Below the pieces are notes generated by a model. The model was given only the letters and a program-made list of their open reading frames with translations, had not been told where the DNA came from and did not search any database. Below are positions 16,870 through 25,468 of a stretch of 38,344 nt of DNA, piece after piece (position 1 is the first letter of the stretch; every line of letters starts with the position of its first letter). The translations under genes were made by a program, and so were the position numbers. The DNA is from a virus, in the IMG/VR virus record IMGVR_UViG_3300027985_000213; one strand, 5' to 3'.

Positions 16870-17203
16870 TATTCGCACCTTCTTTCGTTATGCTCTCGGT
16901 GCATATTATTTCTAGCATTTCGTTTTTTTCTCTTACGTTAATGATTGAAACAATTTCGAAATGGCGATCTTTGAATTTAATCAGCATATCCGGCGTTACT
17001 TCTTTGTGGTATCTTGTTGTTATTTTGTATGTCAATTCCGGTCTGATCCGCTGCGCCTCTTGATACTCTTTGCCTCTTGTCGGTTCCACGCTTGCCCATA
17101 CCGTTTTTACTTCGATTAACTTTTGTTCCATCTGCAGCAATTCGTTTTCTACTTCTTCATGCCTGCAGAACGTTACCCTTTTGTTTGTTCGCCCTATATC
17201 CAT
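16862..17203 (-). CDS. Head closure / head-tail adaptor protein
   Basis: 113 aa. VWASVEPTRGKEYQEAQ is typical of the phage head-tail adaptor family. Position also fits. Confidence 0.6.
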   Translation of the reverse strand: MDIGRTNKRVTFCRHEEVENELLQMEQKLIEVKTVWASVEPTRGKEYQEAQRIRPELTYKITTRYHKEVTPDMLIKFKDRHFEIVSIINVREKNEMLEIICTESITKEGANNG

Positions 17204-17211
17204 GCTCTCAC

Positions 17212-17508
17212 CTACTTATTTTGTAATTGCAGCATGAGGGATTTTGTCATATAGCTGAAATCTTCCCCGACTTTTCCGGCAGGCGTTCGCTGTTCGTACC
17301 AATAGGCTATAAGTAGCTGCAGATAAATTTTTTCGAGTTCGTATTTTATCGCTACTCCGTTTTCGTCTGTTTCGGGGTATTCTTTTCCGGTTGCGTTTTT
17401 TAGGTATTCAACCGCTGCCGTAATAATGGTTTGCAATAACTGATCGTCCTCGGTTATATCAATCCTCGCATATCCTTTAACCTCTTCTAGCGTTATCATG
17501 CTTGCCAC
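17212..17508 (-). CDS. gp6-like head-tail connector protein
   Basis: ITLEEVKGYARIDITEDDQLLQTIITAAVEYLKNATG matches the gp6-like connector signature. The start is either the GTG at 17508 or the ATG at 17499. Confidence 0.7.
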   Translation of the reverse strand: MASMITLEEVKGYARIDITEDDQLLQTIITAAVEYLKNATGKEYPETDENGVAIKYELEKIYLQLLIAYWYEQRTPAGKVGEDFSYMTKSLMLQLQNK

Positions 17509-17519
17509 CTACCTTATAT

Positions 17520-17541
17520 GCGGCAGGTGTTACCCTGCCGC
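17520..17541 (-). other. Conserved intergenic hairpin, copy 1 (after the capsid gene)
   Basis: Minus strand GCGGCAGG-GUAACA-CCUGCCGC forms an 8-bp stem. It matches 27004-27027 at 22 of 24 nt, including the loop. Confidence 0.6.
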
Positions 17542-17555
17542 CTTAATTCATGTTA

Positions 17556-18893
17556 TTATGCTCCTGCTGCAGTTTGTTGCGCTAAGAAATCCGCTACGAT
17601 TTCAGCTTTTGTATTAGCTGCTGTAGTTGTCATTGTGTACCCTAATTGGGTAGCCAATGCCAATATCTGATCCTTAGTCATTGCCTCTAATTCAGCTTGT
17701 GAATACGTGCCGTCTTGGTTTGTATCTGTGACAATTAGATGTTCTGCCATAATAATAGCCTCTTCATCTACCGACTTAATATCAAGTCTTTCCCTAACCT
17801 TGATACCTGTTTGATCCTTGCCCCATAAATCACCCGCAACGCTTGAAATGTCGATTGTTAGAGTTTCACGATCAAAAATCGTGATTGCCTCTTTCAGATC
17901 TCCGCAAACGATCGGCACTTTATAGCCACCTGTTACGCCTTTGCTCGGCATTGTTTTGTTGCTTACTTTTGTGATTGGATATTTCCCGAATAAAAGCATC
18001 TGCGTAGGTTTTGTTGGATCCGGCTGTAAAATATACTTGCCGTTATCGTCTTTCAATGTATCAAGCCAATTGTAACCGTCTTGGTTTGTTACAACGCCTG
18101 CACTTAATGCGATTGCCGGATCTAAGAGAATGTTGAAAATCTTTTTAAGATCGTCTAAGCCACTTACCGCAACTTCTGCATCTGTTGTAATTTCTCTGAT
18201 CTTCGCAACGATCATAAAGTTTCTAGTTGCTTTTGACTTCTTGGCGATCCACTTTTTAAGGTACGCAATTACGTTTTCTGCTGTATCGCTTAAAAGTTCT
18301 TGTGTAACCTTTAAGATGCCGCCTTTCTTTTTCACCTTGTAGTCGATTTTTTCAAACTGTGGCGTTGAAACTTCCGGAAACTCTGCAGCTTCGTCCACGT
18401 TATCAAATGGCGTTTGATCTGCGTAGCGTTCAATAACTCTGCTGCCGCTTAATGTTCCTACTCGTTCGACGTTTACTAACATTTCTAACGCATCGTCTGA
18501 TCTTCTCAATTCTTTAACGGCTGTTCTAATGTCTTTCGGAACCGTTAAACCGCCGTCCTCGTCGCTGCCCTCGCTCATTGAGTTTAAAATTTCTCTGTCG
18601 CCATCTGATAGAGCATATTTGCCTACTGCTGCTTTGATTGCGTTTACAAACGCTCCTGCAACGTTTTTAGCGTTATCCACTACCTTTTTAGCTGTTCCGT
18701 CTTTTGCTTTGTTCTCAATGCCTTCTAGCGCCTCTGCGTCCAAATCATAGAGTAAATCAAATTGCGCCTGCAGATCCTTTAATTCGTCTTTCACTTTTGC
18801 GGCATCTTCGATTTTCCCAACTTTGCAAAGGTCTTTTACCTCTTGTTTCTTAGCTTTAATGCTGTCCAATAGTTTTTTTAATTCTTCGTTCAT
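17556..18893 (-). CDS. Major capsid protein, HK97 fold, with N-terminal scaffold-like coiled coil
   Basis: 445 aa following the ClpP-type protease. Has an N-terminal charged coiled coil (delta-domain-like) and SD AAGGAGGG. Confidence 0.8.
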   Translation of the reverse strand: MNEELKKLLDSIKAKKQEVKDLCKVGKIEDAAKVKDELKDLQAQFDLLYDLDAEALEGIENKAKDGTAKKVVDNAKNVAGAFVNAIKAAVGKYALSDGDREILNSMSEGSDEDGGLTVPKDIRTAVKELRRSDDALEMLVNVERVGTLSGSRVIERYADQTPFDNVDEAAEFPEVSTPQFEKIDYKVKKKGGILKVTQELLSDTAENVIAYLKKWIAKKSKATRNFMIVAKIREITTDAEVAVSGLDDLKKIFNILLDPAIALSAGVVTNQDGYNWLDTLKDDNGKYILQPDPTKPTQMLLFGKYPITKVSNKTMPSKGVTGGYKVPIVCGDLKEAITIFDRETLTIDISSVAGDLWGKDQTGIKVRERLDIKSVDEEAIIMAEHLIVTDTNQDGTYSQAELEAMTKDQILALATQLGYTMTTTAANTKAEIVADFLAQQTAAGA

Positions 18894-18933
18894 GGTTTTT
18901 AAACCCTCCTTGTTTTTTGCATATAAAAAGGAC

Positions 18934-19770
18934 TTAGATCAAATCTAAATCCTCTAGTATTGCTGCTATTTGCTTTTCTTTGTCGTCTTGTTCCGGAACA
19001 TTTTTATTTTTCCGGTCGATCATGCTTGTTAATTTCTTTACTACTGCGTCCGCAATTTCTTCTACGTCCGCTGTATGCGGCTTTTCTTTTAGATCTTCCG
19101 GCATGTTTTTGTATTTGTCGTAATACTCACTGCTACACGCAACCGCTAGGCTTTTTTCTGATACCTCGATATTGAAATAATCTTGCCATTCTTCGCCGCT
19201 TTTCCATGTTTCGGCGTTGATTAGATTGTTTATTTCTTCCTCTGTAACGCCTTCTTTTGTGTGTTGCATGTATGTTTTAAGGATTACTTTTTGGCAGCCG
19301 TCTAATATGTCCGCCTCTTTTCTTAGCGTGTCGGCATTTCCCCACGCAATGCTACTAGGTTTGTGTATCATCATTTGAGCATTTGCCGGTATGATGATCT
19401 TGTCGCCTGCCATTGCTATTACGCTTGCTATGCTCGCCGCCAATCCCTCTACGTACACTATTATTTCTGCGTCGTGTCTTTTTAGAATGTTGTAAATTGC
19501 AATTCCTCCAAACACTGAACCTCCGCCGCTGTTAATGTGCACGTTTATTTTCGACACTTCGCCTAGTTGATCTAAGAAATCTTGTACATCTTTCGGCGCT
19601 TTATCGTCCGGATAATACTTTTGCCATTCGCCTAGGCTTTCGCTGTTAATATCTCCGAAAAAATACAGGTCTGCCGATGTTTCGGTTTGGTTCTTAATTT
19701 CAATGCTGCCGACTGTGCGGCGTTTATTGTGTTTGTCTTTCTTTTGTAGTTCTAGGATATTTTTCGGCAT
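18934..19770 (-). CDS. Head maturation protease (ClpP / S14 family)
   Basis: INSGGGSVFGGIAIYN, GLAASIASVIAMAGD and MMIHKP match the ClpP-like catalytic regions. The ATG at 19770 has GGAGG 8 nt upstream. Confidence 0.85.
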   Translation of the reverse strand: MPKNILELQKKDKHNKRRTVGSIEIKNQTETSADLYFFGDINSESLGEWQKYYPDDKAPKDVQDFLDQLGEVSKINVHINSGGGSVFGGIAIYNILKRHDAEIIVYVEGLAASIASVIAMAGDKIIIPANAQMMIHKPSSIAWGNADTLRKEADILDGCQKVILKTYMQHTKEGVTEEEINNLINAETWKSGEEWQDYFNIEVSEKSLAVACSSEYYDKYKNMPEDLKEKPHTADVEEIADAVVKKLTSMIDRKNKNVPEQDDKEKQIAAILEDLDLI

Positions 19771-21019
19771 CTCCGCCACCTCCTTCCTCTCCTATTTGCG
19801 AAACTCTTTGGTAACTTCCGACGCATATTAATTCGTCGCCACCGTCTTTTTTGCAATCGTTTAGTAACTCTCTTGCCTCGTTCGGTGTTTTAATGCCGGT
19901 TTTGACATACCCTATTAAAATCTCCGCTTGGGTTTTTGCGTCCGTTCTCAAAATTACGTTTTCGTTGAATTTATAAAACTTCCCTTGCCGGCGTTTTTCC
20001 GGATCGAGTATTTTATAATTTATCTCCTCTTCGTATTGTTTGAGTATATAAAGTGCCGTATCAATGTAAAACGATATGTTTTGCATTTCGCTGTTTGAAT
20101 AGCTGCTCTTTTCATAATCGTTAATTTGATTAGGCTTTATTCCTAGCGCTCCGGCAATTTGTAGCGCTGTGAATTTCTTCAATTCGAAAAACTGACTTTC
20201 TGTTAGCTTGATGTTTAACGGCTCGATCTTCATACCTATAGGTATTGGTATAAACTTTCCTGCGTTATTCGCACCGTTTGCATACCCCTCTAGCTTGCTT
20301 ATTAACTGCTTTTCAAGTTTTGGGGATAAATCACCGGTATATTGCAGCGCCGCCCTTGCTGTTAATCCGCCTTTATACAGGTTGTTCATAAACGTTTGGC
20401 TCTGTAATCCGCCTTCTATCGTTGCTTTTAGAACGTCTATTACCGGCACTCCGGTTAACCCATCAAACGAAAACGATGTTTTGAAGTGCATTACATCAGC
20501 TGACGGAAATACATAGGTTTCGTTGCTGTATTTGTCTACATACTGATAGTAAATATCTCCTGCAGATCCAAACACGCCTTTGTCGTCTATGAGTATTGTC
20601 ACATCACTAGACGGCATGATCCATAAATCTTGTATGCTTAGTTCACCGCCGAATTTCATTCTTTCGAATTTCCTTCGGATCCAAACGTAGGCGTTTCCGT
20701 AATGATTTCTATTGTTTTCAACTGTCCCCCAAAACGTCGTAGGTGTCATTTGTGGGTTTGGTCTAGTTTTCAATAGATCGTATGCTTTATCCGGATCCGC
20801 TCTTACTGTGCCTCGCTCCGTCTGCTGATAATATTTAATTGGCATTTTACCTAGCGTTTCCGATAGCATCTTTAGGCACGTGAAATATGTCGTTTCGCTA
20901 ATTAGTTTTTTCGGCGTTCCGGATATTCCTAGCCACTCTAATAGCTTTTCTTCGTCCGCACCTGCTATCGGTCTTGGTGTCCAATTAAAAAAACTTTTGA
21001 TTTTTTCTATTATGTTCAA
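19724..21019 (-). CDS. Portal protein (HK97 family)
   Basis: 431 aa between TerL and the protease. TTG start after a GGTGAGGA SD. Confidence 0.8.
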   Translation of the reverse strand: MNIIEKIKSFFNWTPRPIAGADEEKLLEWLGISGTPKKLISETTYFTCLKMLSETLGKMPIKYYQQTERGTVRADPDKAYDLLKTRPNPQMTPTTFWGTVENNRNHYGNAYVWIRRKFERMKFGGELSIQDLWIMPSSDVTILIDDKGVFGSAGDIYYQYVDKYSNETYVFPSADVMHFKTSFSFDGLTGVPVIDVLKATIEGGLQSQTFMNNLYKGGLTARAALQYTGDLSPKLEKQLISKLEGYANGANNAGKFIPIPIGMKIEPLNIKLTESQFFELKKFTALQIAGALGIKPNQINDYEKSSYSNSEMQNISFYIDTALYILKQYEEEINYKILDPEKRRQGKFYKFNENVILRTDAKTQAEILIGYVKTGIKTPNEARELLNDCKKDGGDELICVGSYQRVSQIGEEGGGGDAEKYPRTTKERQTQ

Positions 21020-21021
21020 TT

Positions 21022-22794
21022 TTAATCCTCACCTGCCTCCTCTCCAAACATGCTTAGATATGCCTCTACGCTTTGGTTGGTTGTTATTTCTTCCACTTCT
21101 ACACCCATTGCTATTTTATGTGCGCATATAACCGCATCGCATGGATCTATTCTGTGTTTTTGTAGCATCTTATCTATTTTTATTTCTCCGAAACTGTTCG
21201 GATCTGACAAAATAGCGTCGTTCATTGATCTTGTTAACAACTTGTTGCTTTCGTTATATTCGATGCTGTTTGCTTTTACCTCTAATTGAAAATCTATCGT
21301 TGCATCGTTTAGACTTCTTGCGGATTGTTTTATTTCCACTAAATCGCACCCGAAATCTTCAAGATCCACTAAAAACGCACTAGCATTATGCGGATCGTAA
21401 CCGATCGCCGTTAAGTCTATTTCGTATTCATCGACTATCTTGTGCAGGTGCGCTAATATCGTTTTGTAATCTGTCTTTATCCCTCCTGCAGCTGTCGTTA
21501 CTGTTAACAAGCCTTCTCTTTCCCAAATTACATACGGTGCGTTGTCCTCTTTGTCCATATGTTCTTGCATTCTTCTTTTAGGAATGAATGAATGCGAATA
21601 CAGGTAATATTTTTTATCTCCTGTTTCCGGATCCTCGTAAGGAAATTCTAACGCAAGCGATGTTAAGTCGCCGCCGCTTGATAGATCCAGTCCGCATATT
21701 GCTTTCTTGCCTCTGAAATCTTCTAGCGTCCTATTGCTGCCGCATTTTTCCCATTCCTCTAAATCAATGAATGCCGTTTCTGAATTTGTCACCCATATGT
21801 TTAGCGACTTGGTTAGGAAATCTCTTAACTCTTCTCCGCCCATCGACTTAGCTTTTTTCGCATCTTCCATCATTTGCGATACTAACTCTTCGTCGTTTCC
21901 TGTTAATGGGCAGCACTTAATCCAGTTATTCGGATCCCAAATATCGTCTTTGCTGTCCATTTGGGCAATATAAATAAATTGCCGCTCGTTTACGTCAATT
22001 CCTCGTAAAACTCTGCGGCAATATTTGTATAGTTCATAACAAGGCGCATTTAGATTGAAACCTGCGGTTGTTATAACTGATATTAATGATTGTTTCAACT
22101 TCCTTGTACCGCCTTTTAATAGCTTGTACATTTGGTTATCTTTGTGTGCGTGATATTCGTCTACTATACCTAGATATGGTCTAAATCCATCTATTGACTT
22201 TGTGTCACGTCCTAGCGCACGAATTACCGTATTTGTTAACTTTCCGGTTATTTCGTTTTTGTAATCCTTGATTTCAAAAAGTTCCTGTAGGTCGTTGTCT
22301 GCGTTGATGAATTTCGCAATTTCGTTTAATACTATTCGTGCTTGATCCGACTTTGTGGCTGTGCAATATATTTGACCGTAATTGTAATTATCAAAGTTGC
22401 TGCACTTTATACCTAATATGGCATTTAAAACACTCTTGCCCTGCTGCCTAGATACTTGTACATAACTATCTGTAAAGCGTCTTTTTCCTGTTTCTTTGTG
22501 AACCCACCCATAAAGAGAACCTAAAATAAACTCTTGGAAACCGGCGCACGTGAATATTTCGTCACCTTCGCCCTCTGCTATAGTTAGTTTGTTCGCAAGT
22601 TCTATAATATCCTCTGCTTTTTCGGGCACGAATTTATACGGAAAACTTGGATCGTTTTTTTCTGCTCGCTTTAAATCCTCTAGGTGCCTTTTAAATGCAA
22701 GTCTTGCATCTTCTCCAAAATCTTTTTTATTCTTTAAGTTCTTCTCTGCAAATTGCGATACTCTATCAGCCGTTTTTAACTTCTTGCTATCCAT
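21022..22794 (-). CDS. terL: Terminase large subunit
   Basis: 590 aa with Walker A-like VSRQQGKS, Walker B-like LGIVDEYH and a C-terminal nuclease region. Confidence 0.9.
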   Translation of the reverse strand: MDSKKLKTADRVSQFAEKNLKNKKDFGEDARLAFKRHLEDLKRAEKNDPSFPYKFVPEKAEDIIELANKLTIAEGEGDEIFTCAGFQEFILGSLYGWVHKETGKRRFTDSYVQVSRQQGKSVLNAILGIKCSNFDNYNYGQIYCTATKSDQARIVLNEIAKFINADNDLQELFEIKDYKNEITGKLTNTVIRALGRDTKSIDGFRPYLGIVDEYHAHKDNQMYKLLKGGTRKLKQSLISVITTAGFNLNAPCYELYKYCRRVLRGIDVNERQFIYIAQMDSKDDIWDPNNWIKCCPLTGNDEELVSQMMEDAKKAKSMGGEELRDFLTKSLNIWVTNSETAFIDLEEWEKCGSNRTLEDFRGKKAICGLDLSSGGDLTSLALEFPYEDPETGDKKYYLYSHSFIPKRRMQEHMDKEDNAPYVIWEREGLLTVTTAAGGIKTDYKTILAHLHKIVDEYEIDLTAIGYDPHNASAFLVDLEDFGCDLVEIKQSARSLNDATIDFQLEVKANSIEYNESNKLLTRSMNDAILSDPNSFGEIKIDKMLQKHRIDPCDAVICAHKIAMGVEVEEITTNQSVEAYLSMFGEEAGED

Positions 22795-22800
22795 GATCCG

Positions 22801-23307
22801 CTACGCATGTTTCATAAACTTGTTGTCCGGCTTTTCTTCTTTTTCTTTCGGTATCACTAATTTGCATCTGCTCGAAATTGTCAAACCTAACTCTTTCGCA
22901 TTTTCGTTGCATGCTTTCATAAGTCTATTTTGAATTTTGGATAGGTAATCATATTGTGCGTACTGTTCCGCTAGCTGAACCTCTTCCGATGTTCTGCTTT
23001 TTTTATCCGGCGTAAATTTAATTTTTCCTAGTTGCTTAGTGACTTTTACGTACTCCGTTTCTGCTCGTATGTATCTAGCCAATACGTCGCAATCTAGGTT
23101 CGACATTATTTTTAAGTCTATGAGTTGCCCTGCTATTTCGTCGAATTTTTCACGCTCTTTTTTTGTCAAAAAAGGCGGTGCTTTTACGTTGTCTGCAGGT
23201 GCTATTATTTCCGAATTTTTTCGATCCTCATATTCCTGTTTCGTCAAGTGTTTACGCCCTTTTGCTACGATTAAGTCAATCGGTTCTCTAGGTCTTGCCA
23301 CGTCCAA
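22801..23307 (-). CDS. terS: Terminase small subunit (P27-family-like)
   Basis: About 166 aa directly upstream of terL. The motif FLTKKEREKFDEIAGQL..L..MSNLDCDVLARY is P27-like. The start is TTG 23307 or, with better SD spacing, GTG 23301. Confidence 0.65.
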   Translation of the reverse strand: MDVARPREPIDLIVAKGRKHLTKQEYEDRKNSEIIAPADNVKAPPFLTKKEREKFDEIAGQLIDLKIMSNLDCDVLARYIRAETEYVKVTKQLGKIKFTPDKKSRTSEEVQLAEQYAQYDYLSKIQNRLMKACNENAKELGLTISSRCKLVIPKEKEEKPDNKFMKHA

Positions 23308-23331
23308 AAACCCCCTTTCTGAAAAAGTTCA

Positions 23332-23389
23332 TTTAGGGAGTTTTTACGGAGATTTAGGGGGGCTGCGGTCTGCAGTAAAATGCCCTAAA
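23332..23389. repeat. TTTAGGG repeat set upstream of terS (candidate cos/terminase recognition region)
   Basis: TTTAGGG occurs at 23332-23338 and 23353-23359 (21 bp apart). The inverted copy CCCTAAA is at 23383-23389. They flank the GC-rich GGGGGGCTGCGGTCTGCAG. Confidence 0.4.
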
Positions 23390-23404
23390 ACTTTATAGCA
23401 CCCC

Positions 23405-23857
23405 CTACCCTATTCTCTCCCTGTATTTCTCTATGCACTCCCTTAAAGTCTGTTGCATCTGTGCTCTCTTTATTTCATCTTTGTAAGCCTTGTCTATTAC
23501 TGTCTTGTGTGTCCTGCTTGATACGCTTATTAGATTGTCTAGCGTACACCGCTTCGAGTAGTCCTCTGATAACTCTATGATGTGATGCACCATGTCAGCC
23601 GGCACAACCTTGCCCTCTGTGATGTAAATGTATATGTCTATATTCGTATCTCTTGCAAGTGCTCTCGCCCTCGCTGCTCTCCACTCTGCGCTATTATAGA
23701 ATGCCTTAGCCTTCTTATCTCTGCAATGTGTATCGTATTCCTTGTGCCTCTCTTTGTTTTCTTCGGTCTTATTGATCGTGTGCGCTGCGCAATACCTCAC
23801 GCCCTGCGGTACTAACTTATTGCAACCGTTTCTATTGCAATATTTCATTAACGCCAT
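23405..23857 (-). CDS. HNH endonuclease (packaging-associated type)
   Basis: 150 aa from the ATG at 23857 (SD AGGAGG). Has Cys pairs CNRNGC/YCAAH, then ADMVHHIIEL....LDNLISVSSRTH. Located just upstream of terS/terL, as in HK97-like cos phages. Confidence 0.8.
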   Translation of the reverse strand: MALMKYCNRNGCNKLVPQGVRYCAAHTINKTEENKERHKEYDTHCRDKKAKAFYNSAEWRAARARALARDTNIDIYIYITEGKVVPADMVHHIIELSEDYSKRCTLDNLISVSSRTHKTVIDKAYKDEIKRAQMQQTLRECIEKYRERIG

Positions 23858-23873
23858 TTCGCACCTCCTGCAT

Positions 23874-23913
23874 ATAAAAATAGTGCGGCTATTTCGCTTA
23901 GAAAATGCCGCAC
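23874..23913 (-). terminator. Rho-independent terminator immediately upstream of the HNH/terminase operon
   Basis: Minus strand GUGCGGC-N17-GCCGCAC followed by UAUUUUUAU. It lies downstream of the candidate promoter at 23943-23971. Confidence 0.55.
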
Positions 23914-23942
23914 ATTGATTTACAAGTTTTTCAATTGTAAAC

Positions 23943-23971
23943 ATTTTAACATAGTTAAACGGACATGTACA
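23943..23971 (-). promoter_or_regulatory. Candidate late promoter (extended -10)
   Basis: Minus strand TGTACA-17 nt-TAAAAT with TGT immediately 5' of the -10 (TGnTAAAAT). The -35 element is weak. Confidence 0.35.
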
Positions 23972-24020
23972 GGGTGTTATATCGGGCGTGTTGTCAAGTG
24001 TCCGCCTACCTTTCAGCGTC

Positions 24021-24572
24021 TTATATCGCATCTGATCCAAACAAGAAAACCGACATATCACGCACCAATGAATTTTTATAGTTTCTAACAGTCTTTTCGT
24101 TTAGGTTCTCGTTGTAACCCTGCTGCCCTGCTAATATGTCTGTTATCTCTTCATAGGTGTATACTTCATCATTACCCTTGCGCTTTAGGTATCTGTATTC
24201 GATTACCTCGTAACCTTTTTTCTTGCGGATCCTCTCTAATGCCTTTTCGATCCTTTCTACGTCCGTCTTGCTGCGGTTGTACGATGCCATTCTATCCTCT
24301 AATATCTGATCTTCGTCCGGCTTTTGCGCTTTGTTCTTTGAGTACGTAACGAAACTGCAGCTTTTTTGTTTGAATGCCATTTCTAAATATTCGTTTTCGT
24401 CTGCCACGTGCTCTTTCAGAATGTTGTAGCAATACAGGATTTTTTCGGTATTTTTAAAAGCCTCTTCTTTTAGTGCTTTTTGTCGCTCTAGCCATGATAT
24501 GCTATTCATCTTCTTGAATACTTCGTCAATTGTTACCGCTATTGTGTCCTTGATCTCTCTTGTTACCGCCAT
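24021..24572 (-). CDS. Sigma-70 region-4-like / ArpU-RinA-like late transcription regulator
   Basis: 183 aa from the ATG at 24572 (SD GGAGGAAGG). The C-terminus (VIEYRYLKR....YTYEEITDIL......EKTVRNYKNSLVRDM) resembles a sigma region 4 HTH. It is the last gene before the packaging operon. Confidence 0.5.
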   Translation of the reverse strand: MAVTREIKDTIAVTIDEVFKKMNSISWLERQKALKEEAFKNTEKILYCYNILKEHVADENEYLEMAFKQKSCSFVTYSKNKAQKPDEDQILEDRMASYNRSKTDVERIEKALERIRKKKGYEVIEYRYLKRKGNDEVYTYEEITDILAGQQGYNENLNEKTVRNYKNSLVRDMSVFLFGSDAI

Positions 24573-24573
24573 G

Positions 24574-24852
24574 TTAGCCTTCCTCCACCTCTCCAAAATA
24601 TTTAATGTATTTCTCCGGCTCATTCTCTCCGATCCATTTTTTTAGAAACTTTTGATCGCTTATCTCTAGGCTCTTTTCGTTTACGTTGTGCAGAAATAAA
24701 ACGCCTTTGTCTGTGATGTAAATTTCTTGAACCTTGTAGCCGAATGAATTTTTAATGTCGCATATCTTCGTTGCTTTCGCTGTATCGAATAGCCTTGTAA
24801 CCTCTTCGCTTTTATCGCCGTTCGTTACTGTGTATGTTAAAACCGCCTTCAA
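24574..24852 (-). CDS. Hypothetical protein
   Basis: 92-aa ORF with a TTG start 9 nt after GGGAGG. Confidence 0.5.
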   Translation of the reverse strand: MKAVLTYTVTNGDKSEEVTRLFDTAKATKICDIKNSFGYKVQEIYITDKGVLFLHNVNEKSLEISDQKFLKKWIGENEPEKYIKYFGEVEEG

Positions 24853-25105
24853 TTGCTACTACCTCCCTTTCTTTTAGCCTTCTGTCTATTTCTCTTGCTG
24901 CTTTTAATAGTTCTTCTGCGAATATTAAAAACGGTTCTTTCATCTGCTCCCATGCGTCTATAATTGCCTCTTTAACTCTTTTTATGGCGATTATAAAAGC
25001 CTCTTTGTTTTCAAATAAGATCGTTGCCGTTCTTAGCTTCATTCCTTTAGGTGGATTTACTCCAAATCGCTTTTTAAACACCTTCTTTTTCTGTCGCTTG
25101 TTCAT
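24812..25105 (-). CDS. Hypothetical basic protein
   Basis: 97-aa ORF with a Lys-rich N-terminus and SD GAGGGGG. Confidence 0.5.
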   Translation of the reverse strand: MNKRQKKKVFKKRFGVNPPKGMKLRTATILFENKEAFIIAIKRVKEAIIDAWEQMKEPFLIFAEELLKAAREIDRRLKEREVVAIEGGFNIHSNERR

Positions 25106-25280
25106 CGCTTGATTTTCCCCCTCTCGCTAAATCAATTCCGCATAGATATTTCTTGCCTCTAAAATCAATTATCGTTATTCCGTTTTTCGTGGTTCCTGCC
25201 TCTAAATTTTCGCATAGTCCGCACACCATTCTACCCTCCGGCGTTTCTTCTCCGCACATTACGCAAGGATTTACGATCAT
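25074..25280 (-). CDS. Small zinc-ribbon-like protein
   Basis: 68 aa from the ATG at 25280 (SD AAGAAGG). Contains CVMCG...CGLCE. Confidence 0.5.
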   Translation of the reverse strand: MIVNPCVMCGEETPEGRMVCGLCENLEAGTTKNGITIIDFRGKKYLCGIDLARGGKSSDEQATEKEGV

Positions 25281-25282
25281 AC

Positions 25283-25468
25283 CTAGCCTTCTTTCATCGG
25301 GCACCATTTAGGCGCTGTCTTGATAGTTAGATCGTTCGAACCTCTATTGCATCTGCAGATTACTTTTGATCCTCTTCCGGAAACTGCTTTCGGGTGCGTG
25401 CAATAATATCTACTAGGCGATCCGCTATATTCCTCTAAAATTTTGAAGCTGCATTTTGAACATTTCAT
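25283..25468 (-). CDS. Small Cys-rich protein
   Basis: 61 aa containing CSKCS, YYC, CRC and WCP. SD is GAGGCGG. Confidence 0.5.
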   Translation of the reverse strand: MKCSKCSFKILEEYSGSPSRYYCTHPKAVSGRGSKVICRCNRGSNDLTIKTAPKWCPMKEG

